Assembly: GCA_013265495.1 (NCBI GenBank)
Contig: MU058540.1
Location: 767,696-831,695 of the forward strand
Reading direction: 5' to 3'
From: Vicugna vicugna
Lineage: Eukaryota
Length of the DNA stretch: 64,000 bases
The notes under the pieces are model-generated. The model ran no database searches and had not been told where the DNA came from. It worked only from the letters and a program-made list of their open reading frames with translations. Below, in pieces: positions 12,241 through 25,708 of this stretch (within the stretch, counting starts at the first letter, position 1; every line of letters begins with the position of its first letter). A program made the position numbers and the translations under genes.

Positions 12241-15200
12241 GTTCAGAGGCTAGGCAGCTAACAAGTAGGGCAAGCCAACCCCCTGGGCCCCCAGGCCTCC
12301 CTCTGCCTGACTCCGTAGCCCCTCCACAACTGTTTTGTTTGATGTTGATGTTTTCTCAGTGAAAAATTACACAAATGCAGCTCCAAGGGCCTCCCCCTTC
12401 AATCTGATTTCTGCCCCAAGCTCTCAGTTACTATTTACCTTCCCACAGTGACTATTCTACAGGGAGAATGCACTGATGGGGCAAACAGGAGGCTCTGGTC
12501 CCCATGACAGTTATATTTCTCAGTGTAAATAAATAACTGGCATTCTGGTTTTGACGAACTGGTCTCTTGTGAGATTACAGCCTATGAACCGTGCCCCAGG
12601 CCCAGTCCCTTCTGAACCACCAGTAATCCAGGGTCCCTTCTTCTAAGGCAGGCAACCTGGCCCCAGTTCCTGGCAACAGGATGGGGTTGTCTGGACAGCA
12701 CCTGGCCTTGCCCATGACCCTGATCCAGCAATGCCTTCCATTCACATGAGTGGCTGGGTGGTGTCCTCCCTTGGTCCAGGCATCTGGAAGCAGAAACCCA
12801 ACTTGTAGCCTTGGTGAAGTCACTCAACAGAAAGGTTTAAAAAAGATCAAGCTCATTAAGGGGTTTATTGAAATATCACCTTCAATTTAAAAAAAAATTA
12901 TATTCAGCTGGGACTCTGGGAAATTCCAGACCCCATCCCTCCTCAGTCCTGCATGCTAGACATTGGCCATTAGCAGTTCCACGCTGTGGGTTGGTTGGAT
13001 GGATGGATGGATAGATTGATGAATGGTGAACCTGCCTCCTATCCTAACACATCAGAGGAGGGAGGATTGGGAGTAAATGATTCTCGGCTGGGAAAAGTTT
13101 TGTGCTTAAAGATTATTTCTTTTTGTATGGGAGGGCTGAGAGGCGAGTTGGGGTCTAACCAGAGGTAGGGGGATGGGTGAGATGATTTCTTGGGTCCCTT
13201 TCTGGAAATTTTCTCTGAAGACCGCCCTAAGAGAGAAGACCTGATCAAAGTGCAGGAGGTGACAAGATTGTTGCCCCTGCGCACAGTTTGCTTTAAGGGA
13301 TGTACCAAAGGCATGGAAGTATTTTCCCTTCATGCACGGAGAGCAAGGAGGGAAGTCTGAAAGCTCTTCTTTCAAACTGTGCTCCTTTTAACAAATAAAG
13401 AATACAAGTATTTATACCATACAGCTGTCCATTTGAGTGCTATTCCCAGGGTAACCAATTCATATCATTCCTGAGCAAGGGTCTTCGGAATTCAGTCCCC
13501 ATCCCATAGGCCATTAATCTCCCACATGCAGGGTTTGGCTGAGTATGTTTGCTACTGGATAATGTTATCGCTAACTTCACTTCAGAAGTTTCTTTCCAAT
13601 TGCTGTGTTGTTTAAAGCTTCACCTCCTTTCCCCCCCCACCCCCCTACCACCTTCTCCTCTTCCCCACAACCTGCCCAGATTTTCCATTACAAGCAGCTG
13701 CAAATAGGAGGGCCTGCAGGAGGGAGGCCCCAAATGGTAATTCCTCACCTTGTGAAAAGGGGGCAGTGGGATGGCACTGCAGCTTCAGAAGAGGGAGACA
13801 GAGAGAAGCCGAGAGGAAGCGGGGAGATGGGTGGTGGGAGAGACAGAACCGAGGCAAGGCTATGGCCAGTGTTGACCAGCAGGCTTTCTGGGGTTCAGAG
13901 GGAGCAGTAGGGCTGCAAGTGGGTTTCTCTTTTCTGGAAATGGCCTGAGAAAGAAGCCAGCTGGGTGCAGGAGTAGGAGGAAGCTAGGAAGGGCTGGCCA
14001 GGGTGGTGATGCTCAGCTGAGGTCCTGAGGACCAGGCCCTCGGCTCCTACCGGGGCCTTTCCCATTGGCTGAGCAGAGGGGCCCTGGCAGAGACAGAACT
14101 CCTCACCCCTTCAGGCCTGGCTTGGAGGAGCTCTGGGACAGGGCAAGAAGAGGAGCCTGGGGGGTGGGGGTGGGAGGGTGGCCAGGAGCTCAGGCCCTGG
14201 CTGGTGGCATGGAGTAGCTGGTAGTTGTTCTAAGAAGAGAATGGCTTGTTTCATACCCTTCTGCCAGCGTGGGTGCTGGCCCCAAGAGAGGGGTCTGGCT
14301 CTCTGGAACTCCTGGGTGAGGGCTGCCTCTCCATAGATTGGCCCCTGCTAGGCCTGTGGCAGCTCAAAATAGGATTCTGGCAGGCTGTCTGAGCTTTCCG
14401 GGGGGTCCAGAGCTGGCTGGAGGGATGTTCCTGGGGACAACACATAGGGCAGAGTGGAGACAGGGCTCTGGGTGGCCCAGTGGAAATCCTGTGCTGCTGC
14501 CTACTGTCTCAGGCACCCCTTCCTCTGTGGAAGGCATCTGAAACTGTCTGCAGGGGTGCGGTGGGAGGGGAGAGAGGGTCCCAAGCCTGGAGCAAGGACC
14601 CTTCACCTGTCGATCTCTCATTCCATTGCTTGAGGGCACCTTCCTAGAAGGCTGCCCCGTCCCTCCTCCCCACATCACCAATCTTCACCTCTTCAACAAG
14701 TGCCCTCTTTCTAAAGCCCACTAACAAGCTCCTCTCCTTCACCGCTTCAAGCCAAGAGATGCCAAGATTCCAGAACCCATATGACCCTCCTCCAAGAGAG
14801 GTCCATGGTAACTGGGGTCCTCCTGTGAATGTCTTGGGTGCTTCTGCCCAGGATCTGTACTGATTCAACTCCACCCCACAGCTGGGTAGACCCCCGAGAT
14901 GGACGCTGCGCTGGTAAACCCTACCTAGCCCAGAGCTGAGCACAGAGCTTTGGGGCCCCCAGGTGGCTCTCCTCAGGTATACTTCTAGACCACATAGCCG
15001 TCTGGACCTCGGCCTGGACCTCAGCTTCCCTTCCAGCCCTTCTCTCTGGCCTCCACTCCCCACCCTACCCTAAGCCCTAATTCCCCCTTTTCTCCCAAGA
15101 TATCCCAGTTGGTCAGAAAAAGTACATTTGAGGGGGGCTCTGGCCATTAGCAATGTACATAGGGGTTCACTCTTGGAGATGGAGCAGCTGTTCGCTTGTC

Positions 15201-15384
15201 CCTGGAGACCCCCCTACTCTGTCCTGATAAACCACCTTCCCAGTGATGGTCACCAAGTGCCTTTTCCTCTCTTGCCACCTCTTTGCTGAAGCCACCTTCT
15301 CCATCTGCTTGGTGCTCACTAGCCGGGCCCCGCATTGCTGCTCTGTGTGGGGTCCTAGGGCAGTGAGTTCTCCCATTACCTCCG

Positions 15385-15490
15385 TAACTTTCAGCAAGTC
15401 ATTCCTGCCCAGGGGGCCTGATTTTCCTTATCTATAAAATGAAGGGGTGCAGACTCCACTATCTCCAAGAGTCCTTGCCGCTAAGAATCT
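15385..15490 (+). mobile_element. MIR (MIR3-like) SINE fragment
   Basis: 'cagcaagtcattcc...cctgattttccttatctataaaatgaagggg...tctccaagagtcctt'. Confidence 0.6.
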
Positions 15491-16711
15491 GTTTTCTGTG
15501 ATGATGTTGGGGTTTCCTTTGTTGATAAAATGGACAAAATGCCGAGAGTAATAAATCCATTGAAACATGAAGTGTTGAGTAAGAAGGGCACCACCTGTGT
15601 CTTTTTTGGGATCAACACTGTCATCCATCTTCAAAGAAGGGAAAGGCCAGGCCAATGCCTGTGACAGCCCAGCCTGCAGCCCAGGGCTCCCGATCCCCCT
15701 ACATCCCTGCTACACCTACCTCCCTCCAGGGAAAAAAGGATTGAGATGCTCTGTGTCCAGGAGTCCTGATAGCAAAGGCCTGTGCAGTGTCTGTTCAGTT
15801 CAATCATGACCACCAGGCATGGCCTTCCAAGGAGCAGACCTGGGTCTGAACAGAGTCCTCATATGACAGGAGCAGGGACTTCCCAGGGGCTCCCCATGTG
15901 AAAGAATTAACTACTGGCAAAAGGGCAGAGCAGTTGCAGGAGAGGGACCATGAGCCCACCTCGGAGCACAGGCTGGTGGGCCCTGCAGGAGGGGCAGGTA
16001 GGGGTGGGGGGTGAGGGGCCCAGAAGCAAGGCAGCCACGTCTCCACAGCTGACAAGGGCTCTCCTGGAATACTTGTGGGGAGGAAATGTCTTCGACGAGT
16101 ACAATGGATGCCCATCAGCAGAGGTGGAGGGGAACCCCCACTTATGGATCTAGAAATGAAAGGCTGGGGGGTGGGGGCGGTTCTGGCCTGAGTCTGGGCA
16201 GAGGGTAGTTCCAAACTAGGGAGTTTATGGGGTCAGGGTGGGGAATCTCCACACACACAGGTCACCATGCTTTGTACTATGTGACCCCACTGTGACAGGA
16301 CCAAGGGGGAGCACGAGGCCAAGGCAGACCCCTTCCCTGGGATGGTGACGTGTTCTGAGGATGGAGTAGGTGGAGATGTGCTGGGAGCCCAGCAGGGCTG
16401 TGCCTGCATCCCCCTCCGCAGCCCTGCTGTGTCCCCAGCAAGCCTGTTTCCAGGAGGCCAGCCACTCGACGACCCCCAAGAGCCCCATCTCCCAGGTGGC
16501 CCCCTTCTTCCAGGGGCTAGTTTCTACAGGGCTGCTGGTGTCAGACTTTTAGAGCACCAGCAGCAGAGCTGGGAAGGCCCTTAGACGGAAGGGAGCTGCC
16601 GGCACTGCTGGAGGACCCACCACTCTGGGCAGCCACGCTGTGAGGCTTGGGACGCAGGTCAGAGGTTAACTGAGGGCAGAGGGATGAGTTCACAGGGCTC
16701 CAGGTGGACTG

Positions 16712-16920
16712 TTAATAATGATAATTCCATTCGTATTAAACCTTACACTATTTAATATACTTTTTGCATCATCTTACCAGGTCTTACGTTGACTCAGGGT
16801 GGCGGCCAAGGTAGGTAATTTATCTCCATTTTACAGCTGAGAAAGTAGCCTTGAAGAGATTAAGGACCTTTGAGAGTAGAAGCTCTAACGGTGAGATGGC
16901 AGGCAGTGGGTTGACAGTTG
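16712..16920 (-). mobile_element. MIR SINE
   Basis: 'aggtaggtaatttatctccattttacagctgagaaa' is the antisense MIR core, with the taataatgataa tail at the left end. Confidence 0.65.
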
Positions 16921-17149
16921 AGAAATCAGGGAACTATCGACGCCCCCACCCATTCACTTTTCCCAAGACCTTCCGCAGGTCTCGGGCTCCCTGTACCCCT
17001 AGAACAGCGGCATTTCAGAGAGGTGCTGATCGGAGCCCTTAGCTACACCACCTCTCCTCTGCCCATCATGTGTCCTGAAGGCTTGACTCTCAGACATAAG
17101 CAACCAAAGGGTCCCCAGAACACTTCTGGCCTGGACCACGCAGTGATGT

Positions 17150-17530
17150 AAGTATGGTCTGCGCGGAGGGAAAGGAGGCGGGGGGATTCCTGCCATTCTT
17201 TCATCTTCACTCCACACAGTCAACTCATTTTTCTGCACAGAATGAAGATAAATCACTTCGCTCCGGAAAACTACATTTAGCATCTCATTCTCTTTGTGGG
17301 GCAGGGAAGTTCTCATCGACAAAGCATTCGCATTGCAGATGGCTTGCCATATGCCAGCGTTCCCTCCCGCTATCACCTTATAAGCAGATTCTGTCAGGTT
17401 CTAGGAGTAAAAGCTTAGTTAACAAGTGCTGTGTACAATTATGTACTTAATTATCTACTGCTTTTATTTGTTGTTTCGTGTTTTTCAAAAGTTTGGTAAC
17501 AATTCCAGGCAACTGTTCCATAGCGCAATT
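17150..17530. promoter_or_regulatory. Candidate conserved non-coding element
   Basis: Non-repeat, AT-enriched block that retains several CpGs. ATAAATCA at 17248-17255 and TTAATTA near 17447. Confidence 0.35.
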
Positions 17531-18131
17531 TCTGCCCTTCTTTCCCCCCACCCCCCATTTGGAGACTGACAGTGTGGTCAGAGGAGTTTCCTCTTTTCTC
17601 CTCCGGTCCCCTGCTTAGAACACGCAAGTTCAACATGGCCCACTCCAGACTTGCTGACCAAAAGCTCTGGGAGGTGTTTGAGCACCTGTGTTTCTAGAAA
17701 ACGTTTCCTTGGTGCTGATTTGCAGTCAAGGCTAGGAGCCCAGGTCTGGGCCTCCCTCACTCTGGGTGGGCACTCAAGGTGATCCCTCATCTCATTGTTT
17801 TTCCATCTCACTCAGTCAATCCTGGGTACAGTGAGTGTGGCTGGACTGGGGTGGTTACAAAGGACAGGGTGCTGGGGGGACAAGGGTCACCCCTGCCTCG
17901 AGTTAAGGACAGGGGCAGCTTTAGGGAGTTGAGCACAAAAAGCAAGACGGCTTTGAATGGAAGCACAGAAAGTAGCAAACTGCAAGGAATTTGGAAGGCT
18001 GAAGCCAGACCCATGATTGGGGGCTTAGAAAGAAGTGATTGGATTCCCCTGGATGCATTTCTGCTTAGAGTCCCATGTGACCTGAGAGCCAGGAAGCCCA
18101 TATCTCTAGGGCAGGTGTCTTTTGTAAGCAT

Positions 18132-18133
<2 letters not shown>

Positions 18134-18171
<38 letters not shown>
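18134..18171. repeat. (GT)n microsatellite
   Basis: About 19 GT units. Confidence 0.98.
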
Positions 18172-18173
<2 letters not shown>

Positions 18174-21100
18174 GTGTCCTGTTTTAGCGAACCTCCTTCA
18201 GAGTTTAAAACTCACTTATCAACACGTGGTGACAAAAGAGGCCCCCTGGGGCTGACAGCGAAGGAGTCTGAATCTTCACAGAGGTGGCCTAGCTGGCTTC
18301 TCAGGGAAACCAGGGCTGGCTCTGGGCTCCCCAGCCAGCAGGGGAGGGGTGTCCCAGGGCCCCTGGTTCTCCAGAGCCCCCCGTTTCACACTCACCAGCG
18401 TTAGTGGAGGCTGAGTGCTGTCTTGGGAGGCCTGGGGAGTGGGCATGGGAGGAAAGGAAAAGATGCAAGAGCAGAAGAATTGCAGAATCAGGAGATCAGG
18501 GCTTCCCTTTCTCCCTCCAAGTTGAAGGAGGAACCTGATGAAGATGTCCCTGAAATGAAGACAGACAGAGGCCATGCCCAACATCACACCTGGAGCCCTT
18601 GCCTGTGCCCCTTCCATGTACATCCATTTCCTTGTCTGCATCGAGCAGCAGGGACGGGATGAGTTCTCTGGGCTTTGCTAGGTTCACCAATCAACTCTGT
18701 ATTCTGCAGACACCTCCATCTCCTCTTTCTTAGAGAAGAGTCTGCCAGACTCCAAGGGGCTGGGGCCAGGGACAGAAAGGTAGAGGCTGGGCGGGGCCCC
18801 CTGACCTCGTGGTATACCCAAGCCTAGAACAGTTCGTGGCCCGTCATAAGTGCTCAAGTGTCTGTCAAATCAATGAAAATTTAATAAACCTGCCAGTCAC
18901 CGAGTAGCTGTGCTCATGCATGGTTCCTTCTAAAGACAACTGCTCTGCCCTAGAGAGAGCGCCATAGTTTTGTTCATGGTGCCCAGTCCCAGCTGATCTA
19001 AGGGCAGCCTCTGGAGGCAAGTCAACTTGAGATGTGGCCAGGGGTGAAGAGAGAACACAGGGTAAAGGGGTTCTGCTTCTCAGAAGGTTGAACTGGGAAG
19101 TGCTTAGAGCAGGAGGTGATTAGCAATGGGAGTTGAAGTTGAAAAGAATCATTGGAAGGAAGAGGTGGCATGGGGTCACGGACAGCTGAGACAGAGGGAA
19201 CTGATGGAGGAGGAGGAACCAGGGGCCAGCAGCAGTCCTGGGGTGAGAGGGGACTTCCGCCTGCCCTGGGTGGGGTGGCCTCCAGTTCCCACCCCACTCT
19301 GTTCCTTACTGTTTCAGTATACCTCTGGGTAACCCCCTACCCTGGTCAACCTTCCCCTGCAAGTTCCGTTAGCTTCACGGAAGACCTTGACAAGGAAAGC
19401 TTAAAGAGATGGAAGCAGGAGGTAGATGAACCTTATCAAAACCTGGACCCAGATGTCAGAACCTGAGCAGTTCCTAAGGCAGAACGATCATTTGCGGACA
19501 GGTGAGGGGATCATTCAACCGAGCTGAGATTCAGGGAGGAGCTCTCAGAATTACTGACAGGGCTCCAGTAGGAGAATGAAAAGATAACCCCTAGGTACAA
19601 GGTTCCTGTTGCTAGGGTGGGGCTGGGCTGGGTGAGGAGCCGCGGGAGTGTGGGGGTGCAACAGTCAGGTGGGGAGTGGAGGGATGAATGAACTCCAGCC
19701 CCATGTGCACCATGACATGACTTCTTGAGACTTTTGCTGAATAAGGAAACACTGAAGGAAACACTGACCTGAAAATACTACGTCTTGATGAGATAGAAGC
19801 AACCCACCTGGCTTTTTGCCCATCAGAGAAAAAAAACTCCTCAAATGCAAAGCTGGGAGGCTGAGAAGGGCAAACAGAAACCAAGCAGGACCTGGGTCTG
19901 TGAACTGGAGGGTGGGCTCTTCTGCTGATCCCACCTTGGCCCCAGGGGCCCAGGCTGCAAGGCCCTCTCCTATGTGACTTTCAACCGCGGATACAGCTTC
20001 TGTCACCAGACCCCATACCCCCAGTCTAGTCCTCCCCAGGAAGGGCCTGCAGTGGAGAGGAAGGCCATGTGGCTAGAGGTCATGGACATGGAGTGGACAA
20101 GCCTCCTCCCCTGCCCGCACCCCGGCCACAGCTCTGAACCACATGGGTCAGGTAGCACTTTCCCCTCTTCTGTCCTGAGTCATTCCTCAGAAGAACCTCA
20201 AGAGGACCAGACTCTGTTGCATGGGGTTGCTGCAGATCCCTCCAGTGGGTCGGGGGAGAGCTGGGAAGGCCAGGGTGAAGCCTGGGTGAAGGGCAGTCAA
20301 TAACAATTTGGGGACTGTTAGGAAAGGTCTGGAGCTCTGCCCTCCCTGCAGAGGCAAGGAAGACTTGTTCTGTTCTGTAGGTGCAGCTCAACCTCCACCA
20401 GGTGGGGTCAGGCTGAGGTCTTGGGACTCCGTTCCTTGCTGCTCTTAAGGATGGTAATTGTGATATGACTGGGGATGCGGAGCAGGGGAGGAAGCCCATT
20501 TCTTGCTCACTCTTGTGGGTGTTTATCTCTTCTAACTCCCACACCTGACTAGAAGCTCACACCTTCACCCTCCCTGCCCCAGCCCCACCACCGCAGGGCC
20601 AGTTTGTCCTCTCACATCCAGTCTCTCTCAGGCCTGCCAGCACCTCCTTTTGGGTGGTTTCCCACCCTGAGCTCACTGAACCTCTGTCCCCCTCCCCAGC
20701 CCACACTGCTGGCCCTCAGCACACCCCAGGGGATTGTTGTTGCTATGGCGACATCAGGGCACCTGGGAAAGAAGAAGGGGCTGCAGGGAGAGTCTCCCAG
20801 CCATCGAAATATCAAAATTGGTTGCTTGCCCTCTGCTCCTCTCCCACGCTGACCCCTCCAGCCAGGCCATGATAGGGCTGGAGCCCAGCTCCATGAAGTT
20901 TCTTGTGAAGCCTCACCGGCCTCCTCAGGCAAAATCGATCGCTCTCCATCTGATTATCACTTACACTGGGGTTCACAGCCTGGTCACTGCCATACACCAC
21001 ACCATGCTAACCACCAGGCACGTCCGTCTCCCTGGCCAGAGTGAGTGCTCCCTCTCTAGCCTCCTCCGATGCTCCTGTCTCCACCAGGGCTTTCTGCTGA

Positions 21101-24100
21101 GGGTTCCTAGACAGACCCCCACCTTTGTTGAGCAAATCCATAGACCCACAATTCCCAACTCACTGCTTTGACCCAGTTCAAGCATCACTTCTCTGTGTGC
21201 TCTACCTGGAACTCATCGGCCTTTCCTTGGCTACAGAACACTCTGTTTCCCTAAGAAATTGTATCACATGCTCTCAGGTTTAATTGTTTTCAGGTCTGTC
21301 CTCTGCAGAAATCTTAGTCCTATTCACCTCTGTGGTGACATCCTTCATGTCTAATAAGGGCTTCCCTTATGAGTGTGGAGTGGGGTGGGGGTAAGAGGCC
21401 CAGAGGGGTTGCTAGACCAGGCCTGGGAAGGAGAGGCTGCGGAGCAGGGGTCTGGCTGCCAGGGTAGGGGGCAGGCAGTGGGATAAGGAATGGAATGTCT
21501 CCCTTTCCTGCCCTCTTGCTGATCAGATGCACCGCCCTTTGGTTTTCTTCAACAGTTTTACACTAAACCCACCAGGAAGTTAGTGTTCAGAGAAATTAAC
21601 ACCCAGGTACTGGGGCTCCTAATAGTGTCAAGTAGGGGAGTGCCATCCCAGGTGGCTGGATCAGGTTACCCTGAGGACATTCCACATGGAGAAGAGGTGA
21701 GGGGTGCAGTGTGGGAAGATGGGCCTGATGGATACCAGTGTGTAAAGGGGAAACCAGCTCAGTCTGTGAGACTGGGTGGGGAGACCACAAGGAGGCAGAT
21801 GGTGATCATGAGTATCCAGTGGCTGACCCAGTTCTCAGTCACAGGTGTGTACAGTCACCAGCACCGGGTTCTGTGGAGAGGAGGGGCAGTCTAGGCAAAC
21901 TCAAGTTTCTTTCAGACCCTGCCCACTTTGGGGCTGAGGTGGGGCCTCTGTGGATAATTCTGACTAGAAGGTTATTTATTGAGCTGACTTTAGCGTTGAT
22001 GACTGGATCCCCAGTGTTCTTACAGCCTATGATGTCAGAGCCAAAGAAGAGACTCCGGGAAAGGTCTGAAATCCAACCCTGGAGGAAACCAAGGCTTATA
22101 TGCAATAAGGAACCGCCCACCCACTCAGTGATAGCAGAATTGGAAGTAGGACCCAGGCCCTGCCTCCTTCCCACCCTCCTGAGATGAGAACATTTATTTC
22201 TTGACATGCCATCTGCTAGCGTTTGGCTGGGCTGGGTGCATGAAGGTACCTGGCCACTAGAATTCATGTAACATCTCACTATGTAACACGTCATGACCAA
22301 GGAATGTCTCACACCATCCCACCCGAGGCCGGCCGAGGGCCCCTTCAGTAGAAAGACGGGCCATGTGAGCAGGGGTCTAGAGCTGGATAAAGCAAGGGAA
22401 CAAAGACACGTAAAGACCAAGAAGCAGCTCCTTTTTCTTTGATCTGCCCTCAGCCTGAATGTTGCCTTTGGTTCAATGCCTATTTGGGGTTGGTGCAAGA
22501 ATGAGAGATTTGCCAGAATGACTCTAAATTCCATGGGATGGAGGATGGGAGGCCACCTTTGCCAGTTAGGAGGGAACAGTTATAGAGCTGCCTTGTGAAC
22601 TGTGGAATGGAGGCAGCGCATCTTGTCTGGACACCTGAAGGACCTACTTTATGAACATGTGAGCTGCCGACCTGGCTGAGTGCTGAGGAGAGAACTGGGC
22701 TCTCAGAGCCATGCTTGGCTATATACCTCACCGGTCCTCAGGTGGTGGCAACAAGGAATCCTAGCTTACAGTTATTCCCTTGGCATTTTACAAGTTTAAA
22801 AGCATATTACGCTAAGCCTCCTCTTCACGATGGTTGATGAGCAAGGAGGGAAAAAGCTTCCCTATGCAGATGAGGAGATTGATGCCTGTTGGCTCAGTTC
22901 CAGGGTGGGGTAGAAAGACACCAGGTTCATCTGGGTCTTAGTGCCACACCGAGTCCCCTTTCCCCTAAGGGCAGCCATACTCCGATGATCAAAGGAAGCT
23001 GCTTTGCCCACCTTTGTCCCTCCAAATAGTCATTCCTCTGCTTCCTACCAAAATCTCCAACCCAATTCGAGTCCCCTCCCCACCCTCGCCCCAGACATGA
23101 GGTCGCTGTCCCAGGCTCCCCCACCAGACAGAGCCTGCCCCTCAAGGCCCCCAGACTGAGAAGTGAACATGTTCAGCAGAAACGCTTCTCGGCTCGCTGG
23201 GATCAATACATCAATAGAAATGTCAAGCCGAACATAAACAGAAGGAGGTTGAGGGGAACGGGGGCAGGGGGCTAAGTGGGCCCTGGGAAGAAAAGAGGCA
23301 GCCAGCCCTGTCTGGGAAACAGCTGAGCTCCATCCAGCAAGCAGCTCACCTGCAATGTCGATGCAGTGAGAAAGCCGTGCTAATTCAGGACCCACTAATT
23401 AGGAACCTGCCGTGACTGAGATCCAGCTGGACTGAAGTTTGCCTCCAAACTTGATTTAAAACTCCAAAACAGTGCCCCTTACCAGACTGTAAGCTCCATG
23501 AGGACAGACAATGGGACTGGGAACTCCCCAAGCTGAGCACACCGTGCCTCTGTGCCACAAGTGCACTTAGGGCAGCTGCTGCTAAGCCTGGTTCCCAGAG
23601 GGTCTTCAGGAACTCTGGGACCAGCCTCTGGAGCTGTTGGGCTGAGCAGCCTCAGTCAGAGCTGACAGCCCCTCGCTGAGGATGCTGGGCCTCCTTGCAG
23701 ACACCCATTCTTGAGAATGAGTGGGGATCAAGACAACTGAGCTTAAGGTAGATTAGTAGGGTGGAGAGCAGGGCTTTGAGCCTATGGCCTCCTCCCTCCT
23801 CTGTGGGATCACGGGGAAAAAGATGAGTAATAATAGGATGCTTGTTGGGGGCGGATCTTGGGAGGATATTCTAGATCAGAGACTCTCAGATTCTCCATCT
23901 TGGCCTGATGTGGAGTTGTATTTACTTTCCCTAAGTTTCAGGCTTGCCTTGGGGGGAAGTACACAATGTGGCAGGGATACGGCGACAGCAACAGGCCTGG
24001 GGACTGACCACAAATGGCCTCAGGACTGATGGTGGCTGGGACCTGCCTGTTGGTAACCGCTTTGCTCAGCCAGTGATAGTTATTAGCACCTCACAACTCA

Positions 24101-24263
24101 AGGGCTTGGAGATTCACAAAGGCCCATCACATCCAGTACCTCATTGGAGCTTTCCAGGGTACTTGGAGATGGGCAAGGAGAGTCAACGGGGTCTCTGACA
24201 GGGGCCTCCTCTGAAGTGATGTCACAGGATGGATTCGCAGTAGAACCAGCGCTAGACTCCAGA

Positions 24264-24434
24264 CCCTGAGTTCTCAGCTCTGGTCTTCGCCCTCCTGCCC
24301 TCCTCACCTCTGCCAAGCTGCACAGGGATGGTCCCTTGGGCAGTCTCCAAGTCACCTCAAGAAAGAATCACTGGAATGTGAGGATGTCCAGCACTCTGCT
24401 TCCTGTCACCTCCCTCCACATTTAGCACCTTCCA
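24264..24434 (+). repeat. Local direct repeat, copy 1 (171 bp)
   Basis: Ungapped match to 25538-25708 at offset 1274 with 6 mismatches; 24289-24418 is identical. Confidence 0.97.
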
Positions 24435-24909
24435 AACCCACCCTGGAAGGGTGTGACAGGGACACCATCACTGGTTGCTGCATGGGGAAAGAGGTGTACC
24501 CTACTCATCAGGACACTTAGAACAATTCACAAATAGCAGTAAGTGGGGAGAGGGCTGCCTGAGCCCCTGGGGATAACTGGCTAGCCCTTGAGGAGAGCAC
24601 AGCCCACAAACTCCACATACTCAGTGACTTGTAGGTGACCCAAATCAAGGGAGTGTGGGCAAGGCAGAGAGGCAGCCTCGCTCATCACTGCCCATAGGCT
24701 CTGACATCCGGGAGGTTCCCCAGCCTTCCCCTGGGACTGCCCCACTCCATCTCAAGGCTCAATGGGCCAAAGTGGGTGTCCTCTGGGCCTGGCCCTGGGC
24801 TCTGGCCTCTGGGGCTTTTGGGGTGGGGAGAAAGTTGGAAGTGGAGAAGAGTCTTCACTTATACCTTGAATTTCAAGTTGTCTGTTCCTGGCAAGGGTAA
24901 TGGGGTGGG

Positions 24910-25075
24910 TTTGAGAAAGACTTCGATCTTGAAATAGGTAGTCCTGGGGCCAGACCTTGGATTTGCCACTGACTAGCTATGTGATCTTGAGCCAGTCCCT
25001 TAATATCTCCATTAGAAGGCCCCTCACAGAGTTTCTGGGAGAATCAAATGAGATACCAGTGGGAAAGTGCCTTGT
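24910..25075 (+). mobile_element. MIR SINE with internal deletion
   Basis: 'tttgccactgactagctatgtgatcttgagccagtcccttaat' and 'gagaatcaaatgagata...gaaagtgcc'. Confidence 0.7.
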
Positions 25076-25537
25076 CGTTCATGATCTGTCAGGTGATACA
25101 AGGATCCAATTTTATTGTAAGAATTTGGGGTCCCTGGGGGCTGCAAGGGCAGATGCCCTTGTATCAATGGTTGGGTGATTTGGAGGTTGCCAGGGTGGGC
25201 AGGAAATTCTCAGCATGGTTAAAACACTATGGAGCAGAGGGAAATGAACCTTCACTGGCTGCTCAGCTTCCCCTGATTTTTCACTGCCTGTAGTAAATTA
25301 TCCTGTTTTATTCTTGTTCTAGAGCCTCTTCCAGGCCATTCCTGGCAATTTATTCTCTGCTTTGGGCCAACTATGTTAGAAAAGGTTTTCTGGTCTTTAT
25401 GTTTCTCTGTCAATACCTCAAATTCCTGGCAACTGATCCAGCAACTGGGGGCTTCTGTGACCACTTGTTAGTTGGCTAGAGAAGCATCAGAGCTGGTTGC
25501 TGGGGGGTGACACTCGAGTTGGGATGCCTACTGCCTG

Positions 25538-25708
25538 CCCTGAATTCTCATCTCTGGTCTTTGCCCTCCTGCCCTCCTCACCTCTGCCAAGCTGCACAGG
25601 GATGGTCCCTTGGGCAGTCTCCAAGTCACCTCAAGAAAGAATCACTGGAATGTGAGGATGTCCAGCACTCTGCTTCCTGTCACCTCCCTCCAAGTTTAGC
25701 AACTTCCA
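25538..25708 (+). repeat. Local direct repeat, copy 2 (171 bp)
   Basis: Ungapped match to 24264-24434. Confidence 0.97.

Noticed and set aside
18423..18662. ORF containing 'KLKEEPDEDV' (SUMO-consensus-like)
   Set aside because: A short motif only; no convincing donor site or recognisable protein context.
21839..22534. Longest ORF (231 aa, minus strand) and other ORFs of 150-212 aa (e.g. 41746-42384, 54876-55454, 52894-53454)
   Set aside because: No recognisable domain, composition typical of translated GC-rich non-coding DNA, and no coherent exon chain.
24264..25708. Direct repeats as LTRs of a small LTR retroelement (TRIM-like)
   Set aside because: TG...CA can be drawn, but there is no TSD, primer-binding site or polypurine tract, and the spacer contains an ancient MIR.
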